Assembly: GCA_030602935.1 (NCBI GenBank)
Contig: JAUVYU010000001.1
Coordinates: forward strand, 1 to 26,083
Source of the DNA: Candidatus Bathyarchaeota archaeon
Lineage (GTDB): Archaea; Thermoproteota; Bathyarchaeia; TCS64
Reading direction: 5' to 3'
Length of the DNA stretch: 26,083 nucleotides
Each line of letters begins with the position of its first letter. Positions within the stretch are counted from its first letter, which is position 1. The translations under genes and the position numbers were made by a program. The notes beneath the pieces are model-generated. The model saw nothing but the letters and a program-made list of their open reading frames with translations, was not told the origin of the DNA and searched no databases. Positions 17,939-26,082 of the stretch are shown piece after piece.

Positions 17939-20112
17939 CCCTCGAAGAGGAGGGCGCCCAGTAGCTCACGGAAGCTCCACTTGGAGCCCCCGGGAACAAG
18001 AGGGACAGCGTATACGTTCTCAGATAATGAGGGCCCCGCATCGGAGGGATGAACCACTACAACTAGGTTGTAGACATTCCTCAGCCTCTGAAGCTCGTGG
18101 ATACTTGAATCAAGCAGCGAGAAAGCTGTATCGAACAGAGGCCTGAAAGCGCACCTCATTGTTCTCCCGATCGAGTCTACAACCTCGAGATCGAGAAGCC
18201 TGCCTAACCCTGAGACATTCTGAGAGGTTGTCAATCTGACCGTGAACTCGCCATCACTCAACGTAATCCTCAGGTCATCCAGGTCAACAAACCCTCGGTC
18301 CCCGTCGAGGAGAAGAGTCGATTCTTCGTCTATCTGGAAGCCGATCCTCATGAATGACCTGACGATCTCGACCCCACACCACCTCTCATAGAGAAGTGAT
18401 GACCCGCCCATCTCGGGCAGCGAAGCCCGGATGTTGTATAGGGGTGGAGGCGTGTTCACGTCGTAGCTCTTCTTCATAGCGTAGAACCGGCCATAGTTGG
18501 GATGGGACGTGAGGACCTCCGTCTCGAGGGGCGGCTGCTGTGTGATCTCGACCTCATCTAGGAAGACAGCGGTACCTAGGTACCCCAGTATCTTACCCCT
18601 CAGCTCCTCGATCCCGGCGATGGTCTCCCGGTTTTTCGTCAGCACTTTCGCCCATCTAGCCGTCGCTGAGCTCCCTGAGAACTTTATCGCCCTGTTCAGG
18701 AGCGCCTCGATATCGGTGTTCACCTCTGAGACGGCGCCCAGCTGGGAGACCAGTCCCTGCAGGTGGGCCTTCAGCACCTTGTTCTCGAACGTGTCGTAGT
18801 TCCTTACGACGCCACTCTCGATGACGTTGATGGGGATCTCCTTGAGCAGCTCCCTAACCTCGGAGAACTCGCCATCAGTCTCTCCTTTTCGGACTAACAG
18901 CTCGTCAAGGATGGTCTTAGAGAGCTCCGGCTTGAGGCTATCCAACGAGCCCAGGGCCTTCCTCTCTGTCCTCTCGACCATCGCGTAATCGGGGTCCTCT
19001 GCTATCAGGTTGAGCACCGGTCCTAGCTCCATCCAGTGGTCCCTGATATGGTTGAGCCAGTCGGCGCTGCGCGCGCTGACCTCACCTTTGAGGACCGTGT
19101 AGACCATGTGGACGTACATGTCGGCGACCTCCTCGGCCATTATCCTTTGAAGTCTTTCATTGGATGAAGAATACCCGGCCTCCTTTCTCTCCTCTTTAAC
19201 TTGAGAACGTTCAGAGGGCGCTTCCCCCCTTCTATCTCCCTCCCTCCTGAGCAGGCCGATGAGCTGTTCCAGGGGGTCCCCGTTCTTCTCTAGGGCCTCT
19301 TCCGCTTCACGAGGAGTCCTGTCCTTCAGGTAGTCGGTCAGTGCGTCCATGAGCTCAGTTGTAGGTGACTTCTCGCTCTCAGGGGTCTGTGTCTGGCTCC
19401 TGATGTAGGCAGCCAGCGCGCCCACCAGCTCGTTGAGGGATGAGATGATGCCCTCTCTCGGCACATCTCCTGCCTCCTTCTTGAGCATTGTGACGAGGAG
19501 CTCGCACAGCTCGTCGAAGGCCGTCTTCTGGGGGCGGACCGCCTCGTACTGTGGCTGAGGTATCGCAGGTGGAGTAGGCCTGTACTGGAAGACGAGTCCC
19601 CTGCTCAACATGCGATCGATGATGCGGTCTATGAACTCGTCATCAGAGACGTCAACAGTTATCACGCGCCTCTCTGCCGGGAGTCCGGGGGCTGTGACCC
19701 TCATCCCTTCAACGGGAGGCGCCGCGACCTTGTCCGCTCCTGGCAGGACCGGCGGCCTCGCCTCAGGTATGATGACCTCCATCTCAGGAGGCTTCTCAAC
19801 CGTCGGAGTGGGCACGGTCACCTCGGCTTCCTCCTGCAGTAACAGCTCGTCGTCAGCAGCGTAGTACTGCTCCAGGATCTCGGCGCTGTGATCCCACCTC
19901 TTGTAGGAGTTGAGGCTGAGGATGATCTCGGCCTTGTCGACGTTGGCCTCGTCGGCGTCGTTGACGATGGCCATCTTGTCCTTGATCCGCCAGGCTGACT
20001 CGGCTGTGAAGAGGTTGAGTTCGTTGGGGAAGTACTTCAGGTCGATGAGGGAGTCTCCCCTGGTGACGTAGATGTACAGGTTCCCGCCGATCCTCGAATA
20101 GTATTTACCCAA
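17935..20112 (-). CDS. Multidomain DUF2357/McrC-like protein with a degenerate PD-(D/E)XK-like C-terminus
   Basis: RNYDTFENKVLK, TEVLTSHPNYGRFY and LLYERWC match DUF2357-type motifs. Unknown N-terminal domain and Pro/Glu-rich linker. TTG start abuts the upstream TAG. Confidence 0.72.
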   Translation of the reverse strand: MGKYYSRIGGNLYIYVTRGDSLIDLKYFPNELNLFTAESAWRIKDKMAIVNDADEANVDKAEIILSLNSYKRWDHSAEILEQYYAADDELLLQEEAEVTVPTPTVEKPPEMEVIIPEARPPVLPGADKVAAPPVEGMRVTAPGLPAERRVITVDVSDDEFIDRIIDRMLSRGLVFQYRPTPPAIPQPQYEAVRPQKTAFDELCELLVTMLKKEAGDVPREGIISSLNELVGALAAYIRSQTQTPESEKSPTTELMDALTDYLKDRTPREAEEALEKNGDPLEQLIGLLRREGDRRGEAPSERSQVKEERKEAGYSSSNERLQRIMAEEVADMYVHMVYTVLKGEVSARSADWLNHIRDHWMELGPVLNLIAEDPDYAMVERTERKALGSLDSLKPELSKTILDELLVRKGETDGEFSEVRELLKEIPINVIESGVVRNYDTFENKVLKAHLQGLVSQLGAVSEVNTDIEALLNRAIKFSGSSATARWAKVLTKNRETIAGIEELRGKILGYLGTAVFLDEVEITQQPPLETEVLTSHPNYGRFYAMKKSYDVNTPPPLYNIRASLPEMGGSSLLYERWCGVEIVRSFMRIGFQIDEESTLLLDGDRGFVDLDDLRITLSDGEFTVRLTTSQNVSGLGRLLDLEVVDSIGRTMRCAFRPLFDTAFSLLDSSIHELQRLRNVYNLVVVVHPSDAGPSLSENVYAVPLVPGGSKWSFRELLGALLFEG

Positions 20113-20775
20113 CTACTTTTCCCTCCCTAACTCTCCGTTTATTATGTCGTCAAATATCCCCCTCTTGCTGACGGTCGGGGCCGTGTCTTCCTCGTCCTTC
20201 TCCGTTGGCTTCCTCAGAAGGAGGTTCTCGAAGGCGTAGTTCCAGAAGACGCCCATCCAGAGTAGGGTGAACAGGGTGCCCAGGTAGTCATGGAAGATGA
20301 TGGCCTGGAGGTACCCCGAGTTGTGGGCTAGAAGGGTTGGGATTAAGATTCTGAGTATGTTAATCAGGAACGTCCCCTCCAGCCCGATGAGCACCGTCAT
20401 GATCTTGCTCCTCCTGGTGTAGGGCCCCTGGAGCCCCGTCAGGAGAGTGAAGGCTAGGAGCACGAAGCTCTGCCAGCCGATGCAGTTCCAATTAATGTAT
20501 ATCCTGAGGGGTATCCAGGCCCCGGTCAGGTACAGGTTCGATCCGTTGATGGACGCAGGCACACCGAGTGTCTTCAGTAGGACTGCCACGATCCTCACGA
20601 TGAAGGGTGCAATGAAGCCTTGGATCAGGGCGACGAGCTGGAAGCTCTCCACCACCTTCGTCAGGAACTCGTTGAACGTCGTAACGAAAGGAAGGATTAT
20701 GAACGTTACAGAGGCGACTATGATTATCCTCTGGAAGACCTTCCCCTGGGCGCGCTGAACTATCCTATCACTCAT
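20113..20775 (-). CDS. Exosortase/archaeosortase family protein (minimal 4-TM core)
   Basis: INWNCIGWQSF (Cys), INILRI (Arg), IFHDYLG (His), four hydrophobic segments. Confidence 0.88.
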   Translation of the reverse strand: MSDRIVQRAQGKVFQRIIIVASVTFIILPFVTTFNEFLTKVVESFQLVALIQGFIAPFIVRIVAVLLKTLGVPASINGSNLYLTGAWIPLRIYINWNCIGWQSFVLLAFTLLTGLQGPYTRRSKIMTVLIGLEGTFLINILRILIPTLLAHNSGYLQAIIFHDYLGTLFTLLWMGVFWNYAFENLLLRKPTEKDEEDTAPTVSKRGIFDDIINGELGREK

Positions 20776-22171
20776 CCTGCTCTCTCCTCCGTTTCAGGGT
20801 CGCTCTCAGGTGACCGGAGATGTAGCTCGTTGTTGCGAAGAAGAGCGATACCTGAATCATTTTTTTCAGGTTCTCAGGGACGACCATCCCCGGAAGGTCG
20901 ATGTTCGAATGTCTCTCCGAGCTGTCGTATTCGAGTACGTACGTCATCTCCAGGTCGTCGTAGATGCTGATGCTCAGGCGGAGGGTGTGTCCGCTGTCGA
21001 ATACTTGCTCGTTGATGTAGCTCCCCGTGAACTGGAACTGCCTCATCTGCTTCCTGATCCTGATGTCGAAGTCCTCAGAGTTGACCAGGGTCGAACCGCC
21101 TGTCTCATCCACGTTGTACAGCTCGAAGCGTATCTGGGTATCGTAATTGTTCAGCTTCTCCGAGGTCATGAACTTCAGCCAGACTGTATAGATGATAGAG
21201 CCCTGCAGGCTGTAGTCGACACCAAGTGGACCATACAGATAGAAGTTCCACATCTCGTAGAACCCCGAGGAGCTGCTAGCATGGATGGCATCGCTGTAAG
21301 CCGATGGATTGAGCTGGGTGAACTCGGGCATCGTCATTATCCGGCTCGTTGAGATCGTGTTGACGGTTACAGGAGAAGTCAGGTGTTCGAAGCTCAGTAT
21401 CGTCTGGTCGACCCCGGTGGCCCTGACCGAAATGATGGCGACTCCGTTCAGGAAGGTCGCGAGGAGGATAATCACCATCGTCGCCAAGCCCATCGCCTTC
21501 TTGCCATAGATGAAGTCAGGCAGGAGCCCGATGAGGTCTAACCCTTTGAACGATGTCCTGATCCTCTCAAGCAGGGGCTTCTCGTCGTCCTCCGCCTTGT
21601 AGTCGAGGATGAAGTTCTGGGATAGATACCAGAAGCCGCTCAGCCAGATGAAGGTCAGGACCGTCGAGAAGTAGTCGTGGAAGGTTATGGCTGGCCCGTA
21701 CCCGCCGTTCAACAGGAGGAGGCACGTGGAGGTGACCCGGATGATATTCAGGATGACCACGCCCTCGATGCCGAGGACGACGCACTTAATCCTGCTTCCG
21801 AGGGTGTACTTTCCCTGGAGGATAGTGACAAGAGATATCGCTAGGAGTATGAAGCTCTGCCACCCGACGCAGTTCCAGACGATGTCCACCTCGTAGGGCA
21901 GACCACCGGTCATCATGTATATGCTAGATCCGCTTATGACCGTCTCTATCTTGAATACCTCCTCCAACACGGTGCCAGCGAGGCGAACCATGACCGGAAC
22001 CGCGTACTTCTCCAGTACCTTGTAGAGCCCTGAACCGAGGGCTAACTGGGTGAGGAGATCGTTGATGGTGGTAATGAGGGGTAGGATCGAAAGCCCCACC
22101 AGGGTGAACCAGATGAAGCCCTCGTACCGGGCTCCGAACTTTAGGAGGAACTCCTTCACTCGGTTAAGCAT
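20768..22171 (-). CDS. Exosortase/archaeosortase fused to a C-terminal ectodomain and sorting-signal-like tail
   Basis: IVWNCVGWQSF, LNIIRV, TFHDYF; then a TM, a ~175-aa beta-rich domain, PGMVVPE, a weakly hydrophobic segment and KRRR. Confidence 0.88.
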   Translation of the reverse strand: MLNRVKEFLLKFGARYEGFIWFTLVGLSILPLITTINDLLTQLALGSGLYKVLEKYAVPVMVRLAGTVLEEVFKIETVISGSSIYMMTGGLPYEVDIVWNCVGWQSFILLAISLVTILQGKYTLGSRIKCVVLGIEGVVILNIIRVTSTCLLLLNGGYGPAITFHDYFSTVLTFIWLSGFWYLSQNFILDYKAEDDEKPLLERIRTSFKGLDLIGLLPDFIYGKKAMGLATMVIILLATFLNGVAIISVRATGVDQTILSFEHLTSPVTVNTISTSRIMTMPEFTQLNPSAYSDAIHASSSSGFYEMWNFYLYGPLGVDYSLQGSIIYTVWLKFMTSEKLNNYDTQIRFELYNVDETGGSTLVNSEDFDIRIRKQMRQFQFTGSYINEQVFDSGHTLRLSISIYDDLEMTYVLEYDSSERHSNIDLPGMVVPENLKKMIQVSLFFATTSYISGHLRATLKRRREQDE

Positions 22172-24545
22172 CGTCTTTCCTCCTTCGAAGCTTCATTACG
22201 ATCCCGGGGATCAAGGGGGCTAGTATGAGGAGGGGTAGCAACGACTCTGGCATCACCATCCCCGGGAAATCCACTCGGGAGTGCTTCTCCGTGGAGTCGT
22301 AGTCGAGGTAGAAGGTCCAGCCGTCCTCCCCCTTGAACAGTATCTCCACGATGATGCTGTGTCCCTCCCTGAACTTTATCGACTTGATGACCTCGGCGGG
22401 GAGCATCAGCGCCTCCTCCGGGGACTCGTCGTCGACCCCCACGTCCTTGAACTGGTATGAGAACTTGGAGTCAGTCTCACCGTCCTCATCCAAGTCCGTG
22501 ACGAGGACCTTCATGTCGACCTCATGCTCCTTGTCCGAGTGCAGGAACAGGTAGAGGTTCAGGCTCCCCTTCATCTGGTAGTCTTCCTCTAGGGGCCCGA
22601 ACAGGTAGAATTGCCACCCCTTCTGCCAGTCTGTGCCGGAGAGGGTGTAGCTGTCCGTGCGCGCGCGCGTCCCAAGGGAGATGTAGTCCGGATGGGTGAG
22701 GATCATGTTCGTGTATTTTCCGTTGATGGTGACGCCAGAGGCGACGTACTCGAGGTTCAGGGCGGTGATTGGGCTATCGTCCACCGGCACCGACATGGCG
22801 GCTGCGGTGACCCAGACTATCAAAGTCGACATGAGCAGCAGGAACAGGAGCGCCATCGCTGACGGCCTCCGCCTCCTCTGCCTATCCTCCTCCTCCGTCC
22901 TCTGAGCCCTGGGGGCCTCCCTTCGCGGGAGTATCCAGCTGAAGAGCCTCCTGACCCTTATCTGGAGGATCCTGTCGGTTACGCTGCCCGTTTTGAGGGT
23001 CCTGACCCAGCCTCCCTCGTCTTTCTCGAGGAGGCCCTTCACTGCTGCGTAGGCCTGGAAGGGCGTGAGGACGTAGCTGAGGACTATGAACGAGAATATA
23101 CCCGAGTAGTCCTCCTTCGCGGTCTGCTCCAGGAAGAGCCCTGACAGACTCATGAGGGGGAGGGCAAAGAGGTTGCTCAGGATGAGGCACCACCCGAAGG
23201 TGGCCGTCCAGAAGAAGGGGTGCTCCCCCAGGAACTCGGCCGCCACCCAGAAGAATGTCCCGACGAGGAAGAAGAAGGACTGCAGATAGTATGGAGCGAA
23301 GTAGACGAACTCAAGCTTCTCCCGACCAGTCATGTTGTGGGACTTGAGGACGTCCCAGAAGTATTTCTTGACGGCGAAGGTGTGCCCTTCAGCCCAGCGC
23401 ATCCTCTGGTGGGCGAGAGCCCTGATGGTCGTGGGTATCTCGGCCGGGGCCTGGATGAGGGGGGTGTAGAGGACCTTGTAGCCCGCCAGGTACATCCTGA
23501 TAGTGAGGTCCCAGTCCTCGGTGATGCTGTGAGTCCAGCCCAGGTTCTTCAGTATCTCGGCCCTGATCATGAAGACGCTGCCCGTGATCATCTTCATGGA
23601 GCCGAAGAACTCCTGGGCGACCCGCTCGATCATGTAGCCCCCGCTGAACTCGGCCCTGATCCCCTTCGTTATCCAGTTCTCGTTCTTGTTGAGGTGGTGG
23701 AGCTGGTATCCCTGGACGACGCCTATCTTTCGACGCTCGAACCAGTCGTCGACCCTGTCCAGAAGCTCCTCGCCGTTCTCGTTCCCGCCGTTTTTACCGT
23801 TCTGACCGTTCTCGTAATGCCTGAGTACATCATCGGCGAACCTGTGGCCGTTCCCGTTTGTCATCTCCCCGTGCCCATTGTTCCTGTTGCCGTCCTGCCC
23901 CTCGAAGTACCATAAGAAGCGCCTCAGGATGTCGGGGGGCGGGATAAAGTCCGCGTCGAAGACCACGGCGTATTTGGCCTTGGGATTCATGTAGTTGGTG
24001 GCCTTGCTGAGAGCACCGCCCTTGAACCCCGACCTTTCGTTCCTGTGAATGAACTTGACAGTCGGTCCGTCGGTGTTGAGGTTCAGCTCCTTCATTATCT
24101 CTATGGTCTCGTCCCTGGAGTCATCCGCTATGATGATCTCATAGTTCTCGTAGTCGATGTCCGAGCAGGCCTGTATCACACGGCGGGCGACGTTCTTTTC
24201 GTTGTAGAAGGGGAGCTGGATCGAGATGAAAGGCTCATCAATCTTCCTACCGTTGTCAAACCCATCGTTATGGGCAGATCCGTTGTTGTTCTGCCCTCTC
24301 AGGCTCGCGATGTAGTTGAGGCCCCCGTTCTGGATGGACTTGGTGCCGTTGGTCCCGTCTGTGCCGTTGCCGTTGCTGGCCCTGCCGAAGAATAGGGCGA
24401 TGAGGATCGCTAAGTAGTACTTGCAGGCGAAGAGGAAGAAGAAGAGGCCGAAAGCCAGGGCTACGTATGAGAACGTTTGGCCTATGACGGCTACAGCCTC
24501 TATCTTTTGTCCCTCCTTCGCCTTTTCTGTAGTGGTGATGCACAC
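22164..24545 (-). CDS. Processive GT2 (cellulose-synthase-like) glycosyltransferase fused to a C-terminal ectodomain and sorting signal
   Basis: QLPFYNE, DDS, KGGAL, FDADF, ITED, HQRMRW (QxxRW), TMs, WVRTLKTG; then a TM, a ~175-aa domain, PGMVMPES-LLPLLILAPLIPGIVM-KLRRRK. GTG start is tentative. Confidence 0.9.
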   Translation of the reverse strand: MCITTTEKAKEGQKIEAVAVIGQTFSYVALAFGLFFFLFACKYYLAILIALFFGRASNGNGTDGTNGTKSIQNGGLNYIASLRGQNNNGSAHNDGFDNGRKIDEPFISIQLPFYNEKNVARRVIQACSDIDYENYEIIIADDSRDETIEIMKELNLNTDGPTVKFIHRNERSGFKGGALSKATNYMNPKAKYAVVFDADFIPPPDILRRFLWYFEGQDGNRNNGHGEMTNGNGHRFADDVLRHYENGQNGKNGGNENGEELLDRVDDWFERRKIGVVQGYQLHHLNKNENWITKGIRAEFSGGYMIERVAQEFFGSMKMITGSVFMIRAEILKNLGWTHSITEDWDLTIRMYLAGYKVLYTPLIQAPAEIPTTIRALAHQRMRWAEGHTFAVKKYFWDVLKSHNMTGREKLEFVYFAPYYLQSFFFLVGTFFWVAAEFLGEHPFFWTATFGWCLILSNLFALPLMSLSGLFLEQTAKEDYSGIFSFIVLSYVLTPFQAYAAVKGLLEKDEGGWVRTLKTGSVTDRILQIRVRRLFSWILPRREAPRAQRTEEEDRQRRRRPSAMALLFLLLMSTLIVWVTAAAMSVPVDDSPITALNLEYVASGVTINGKYTNMILTHPDYISLGTRARTDSYTLSGTDWQKGWQFYLFGPLEEDYQMKGSLNLYLFLHSDKEHEVDMKVLVTDLDEDGETDSKFSYQFKDVGVDDESPEEALMLPAEVIKSIKFREGHSIIVEILFKGEDGWTFYLDYDSTEKHSRVDFPGMVMPESLLPLLILAPLIPGIVMKLRRRKDDA

Positions 24546-24558
24546 CTCTACAATATAT

Positions 24559-24577
24559 CGATTATACGATATAATCG
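24559..24577. promoter_or_regulatory. Perfect inverted repeat (candidate operator)
   Basis: CGATTATA-cga-TATAATCG, lying between the TATA box and the GT2 start. Confidence 0.55.
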
Positions 24578-24597
24578 GGCATTACCACCAAAACTAG

Positions 24598-24605
24598 TTT
24601 ATAAA
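24598..24605 (-). promoter_or_regulatory. TATA box of the GT2-sortase operon
   Basis: AAAGG-TTTATAAA on the minus strand, ~50 nt upstream of the GT2 start. Confidence 0.55.
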
Positions 24606-24770
24606 CCTTTATGCCCGAACTAGATCCTTCATAAGTGTTCTTCTGAGCATGCTTATGACGGCAGAATTAATAATCAACTTTCGTTTCACCGGATACATCG
24701 TGATTCTTTTCATGAAATCTCCCATACAGCATGCCTATATATCGCAGACAGAACACATCTTGCGGTCCGA

Positions 24771-25082
24771 ATGAGTGAAGAAGAGCCCGGCCTCGCGGAG
24801 CTGGAGACACGTTTCGTCCGGGGGTTTCTGGACGTAACCATAATGAAGCTGCTCCTCGAGGAGCCCTTCTGGGGCTACAAGATGATGGAGGTACTCAAGG
24901 ACAGGTACGGGGTCAAGGTGGGGCCCGCGGTGATCTACCCCCTCCTGGACTCCATGGAGGCAGATGGGCTAATCCTGGCCGAGACGGTCTACTCGGGCAA
25001 GAGGAAGCGCAAGGTGTACAAGGTGCTGCCTCAGGGCGAGGCTATGCTGAAGAACATGGACCGGATCCTGAAGAAGTTCTAG
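24771..25082 (+). CDS. PadR-family transcriptional regulator
   Basis: RGFLDVTIMKLL...WGYKMM...GPAVIYPLLDSMEADGLI...RKRKVYKV..QG. Confidence 0.92.
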   Translation: MSEEEPGLAELETRFVRGFLDVTIMKLLLEEPFWGYKMMEVLKDRYGVKVGPAVIYPLLDSMEADGLILAETVYSGKRKRKVYKVLPQGEAMLKNMDRILKKF

Positions 25083-25091
25083 CCCTGTGAA

Positions 25092-25880
25092 TCAACCAGT
25101 CAGTTCGAGCAGCCTGCGGGCGACCTCCCTGAGGGCCCATGTGAAGGGGTGGCTGGGGTTGTCGAGGGCGAAGAGCGAAACCCGTTGGGCCAGGAGGAGG
25201 TCGCAGTAGCAGGGGATGATGGCTATTAGTGGTTTTGAGAACTTGCCCCCGACCTCGCTGAGGAGGGTCTTCCTGCTCTCATCGGAGACGAACATGTGGG
25301 GTCGTGACTTGTTGACTAGGATGTAGGTCTGTTTCTCGAAGGGCTCGTAGAGGTCCTCGGCCATCCTCTCGACGCCCTCGATGTCAAGCTGGTCGAGGCT
25401 GGAGACTATTATGGTGATGTCTGCGCTGACGACGGCGTTCACCGAGGAGAACTGGACCCCCGGGCTCGTGTCGATGATGACCACGTCGACGCCCATCTTC
25501 TTGGCCAGCTCGTCCTTCATCTCCATGACCTTCCTCAGGGCCTTCATCTGCCACTTCCGGTCCTTCCGGGCGATCTCACGCATCGCCTCCATGTCTGGGT
25601 TGGCGAAGCCTACGAGGAGCTTTCCCTTGGTGCCGTAGTTGGAGGTCAGGTCGACCATCACCGTCTCCAGCTTGGCCTTCCCATCGAGGTAGTTGTTGAT
25701 CCAGTCCCTGACGCTGCTCTTAGCCTGGAATATTGTGAGCAGGCTGGGGGCCCTGAAGTCGAAGTCGAGGAGGGCGACGTTGTGCCCCTCGGAGGCGAGT
25801 AGCGCGCTGATGTTGCTTGCGATCAGGCTCTTCCCCGTGCCTCCACGACTCGAGTGGATTGAGAACATCTTCACCATCAT
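25092..25880 (-). CDS. MinD/ParA-family ATPase
   Basis: SIHSSRGGTGKS, LLDFDFRAPSL, IIDTSPG, ILVNK. AGGTGA Shine-Dalgarno just upstream. Confidence 0.92.
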   Translation of the reverse strand: MMVKMFSIHSSRGGTGKSLIASNISALLASEGHNVALLDFDFRAPSLLTIFQAKSSVRDWINNYLDGKAKLETVMVDLTSNYGTKGKLLVGFANPDMEAMREIARKDRKWQMKALRKVMEMKDELAKKMGVDVVIIDTSPGVQFSSVNAVVSADITIIVSSLDQLDIEGVERMAEDLYEPFEKQTYILVNKSRPHMFVSDESRKTLLSEVGGKFSKPLIAIIPCYCDLLLAQRVSLFALDNPSHPFTWALREVARRLLELTG

Positions 25881-25887
25881 ACATCAC

Positions 25888-26082
25888 CTACGATATTACC
25901 GAGAAGAGCACCATCCTCCCATCCCTCTCCTTCTTGAGGTATCCCATCCTGACGAGCTGGTTGAGGTACCCGCTCTCCACGGCCCTCGCCCGCTCAGTCC
26001 TCTCCGAGATCTCGTCGGCCGTAGCCCTCCCCAGGCTGCTGGTCACGGTGGCGGTCTTCCTCAGGTGGTCGAAGGGGGAGAG
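25888..26082 (-). CDS. C-terminal part of a winged-helix regulator (5'-truncated by the window edge)
   Basis: Not in the ORF track. LSPFDHLRKTATVTSSLGRATADEISERTERARAVESGYLNQLVRMGYLKKERDGRMVLFSVIS*. Confidence 0.85.
   Translation of the reverse strand, partial: LSPFDHLRKTATVTSSLGRATADEISERTERARAVESGYLNQLVRMGYLKKERDGRMVLFSVIS

Noticed and set aside
20860-20866. Frameshift or phase variation at the A7 run in the sortase tail
   Set aside because: The alternative frames give an immediate stop or a hydrophilic peptide; the current frame ends in a sensible basic tail coupled to the next gene.
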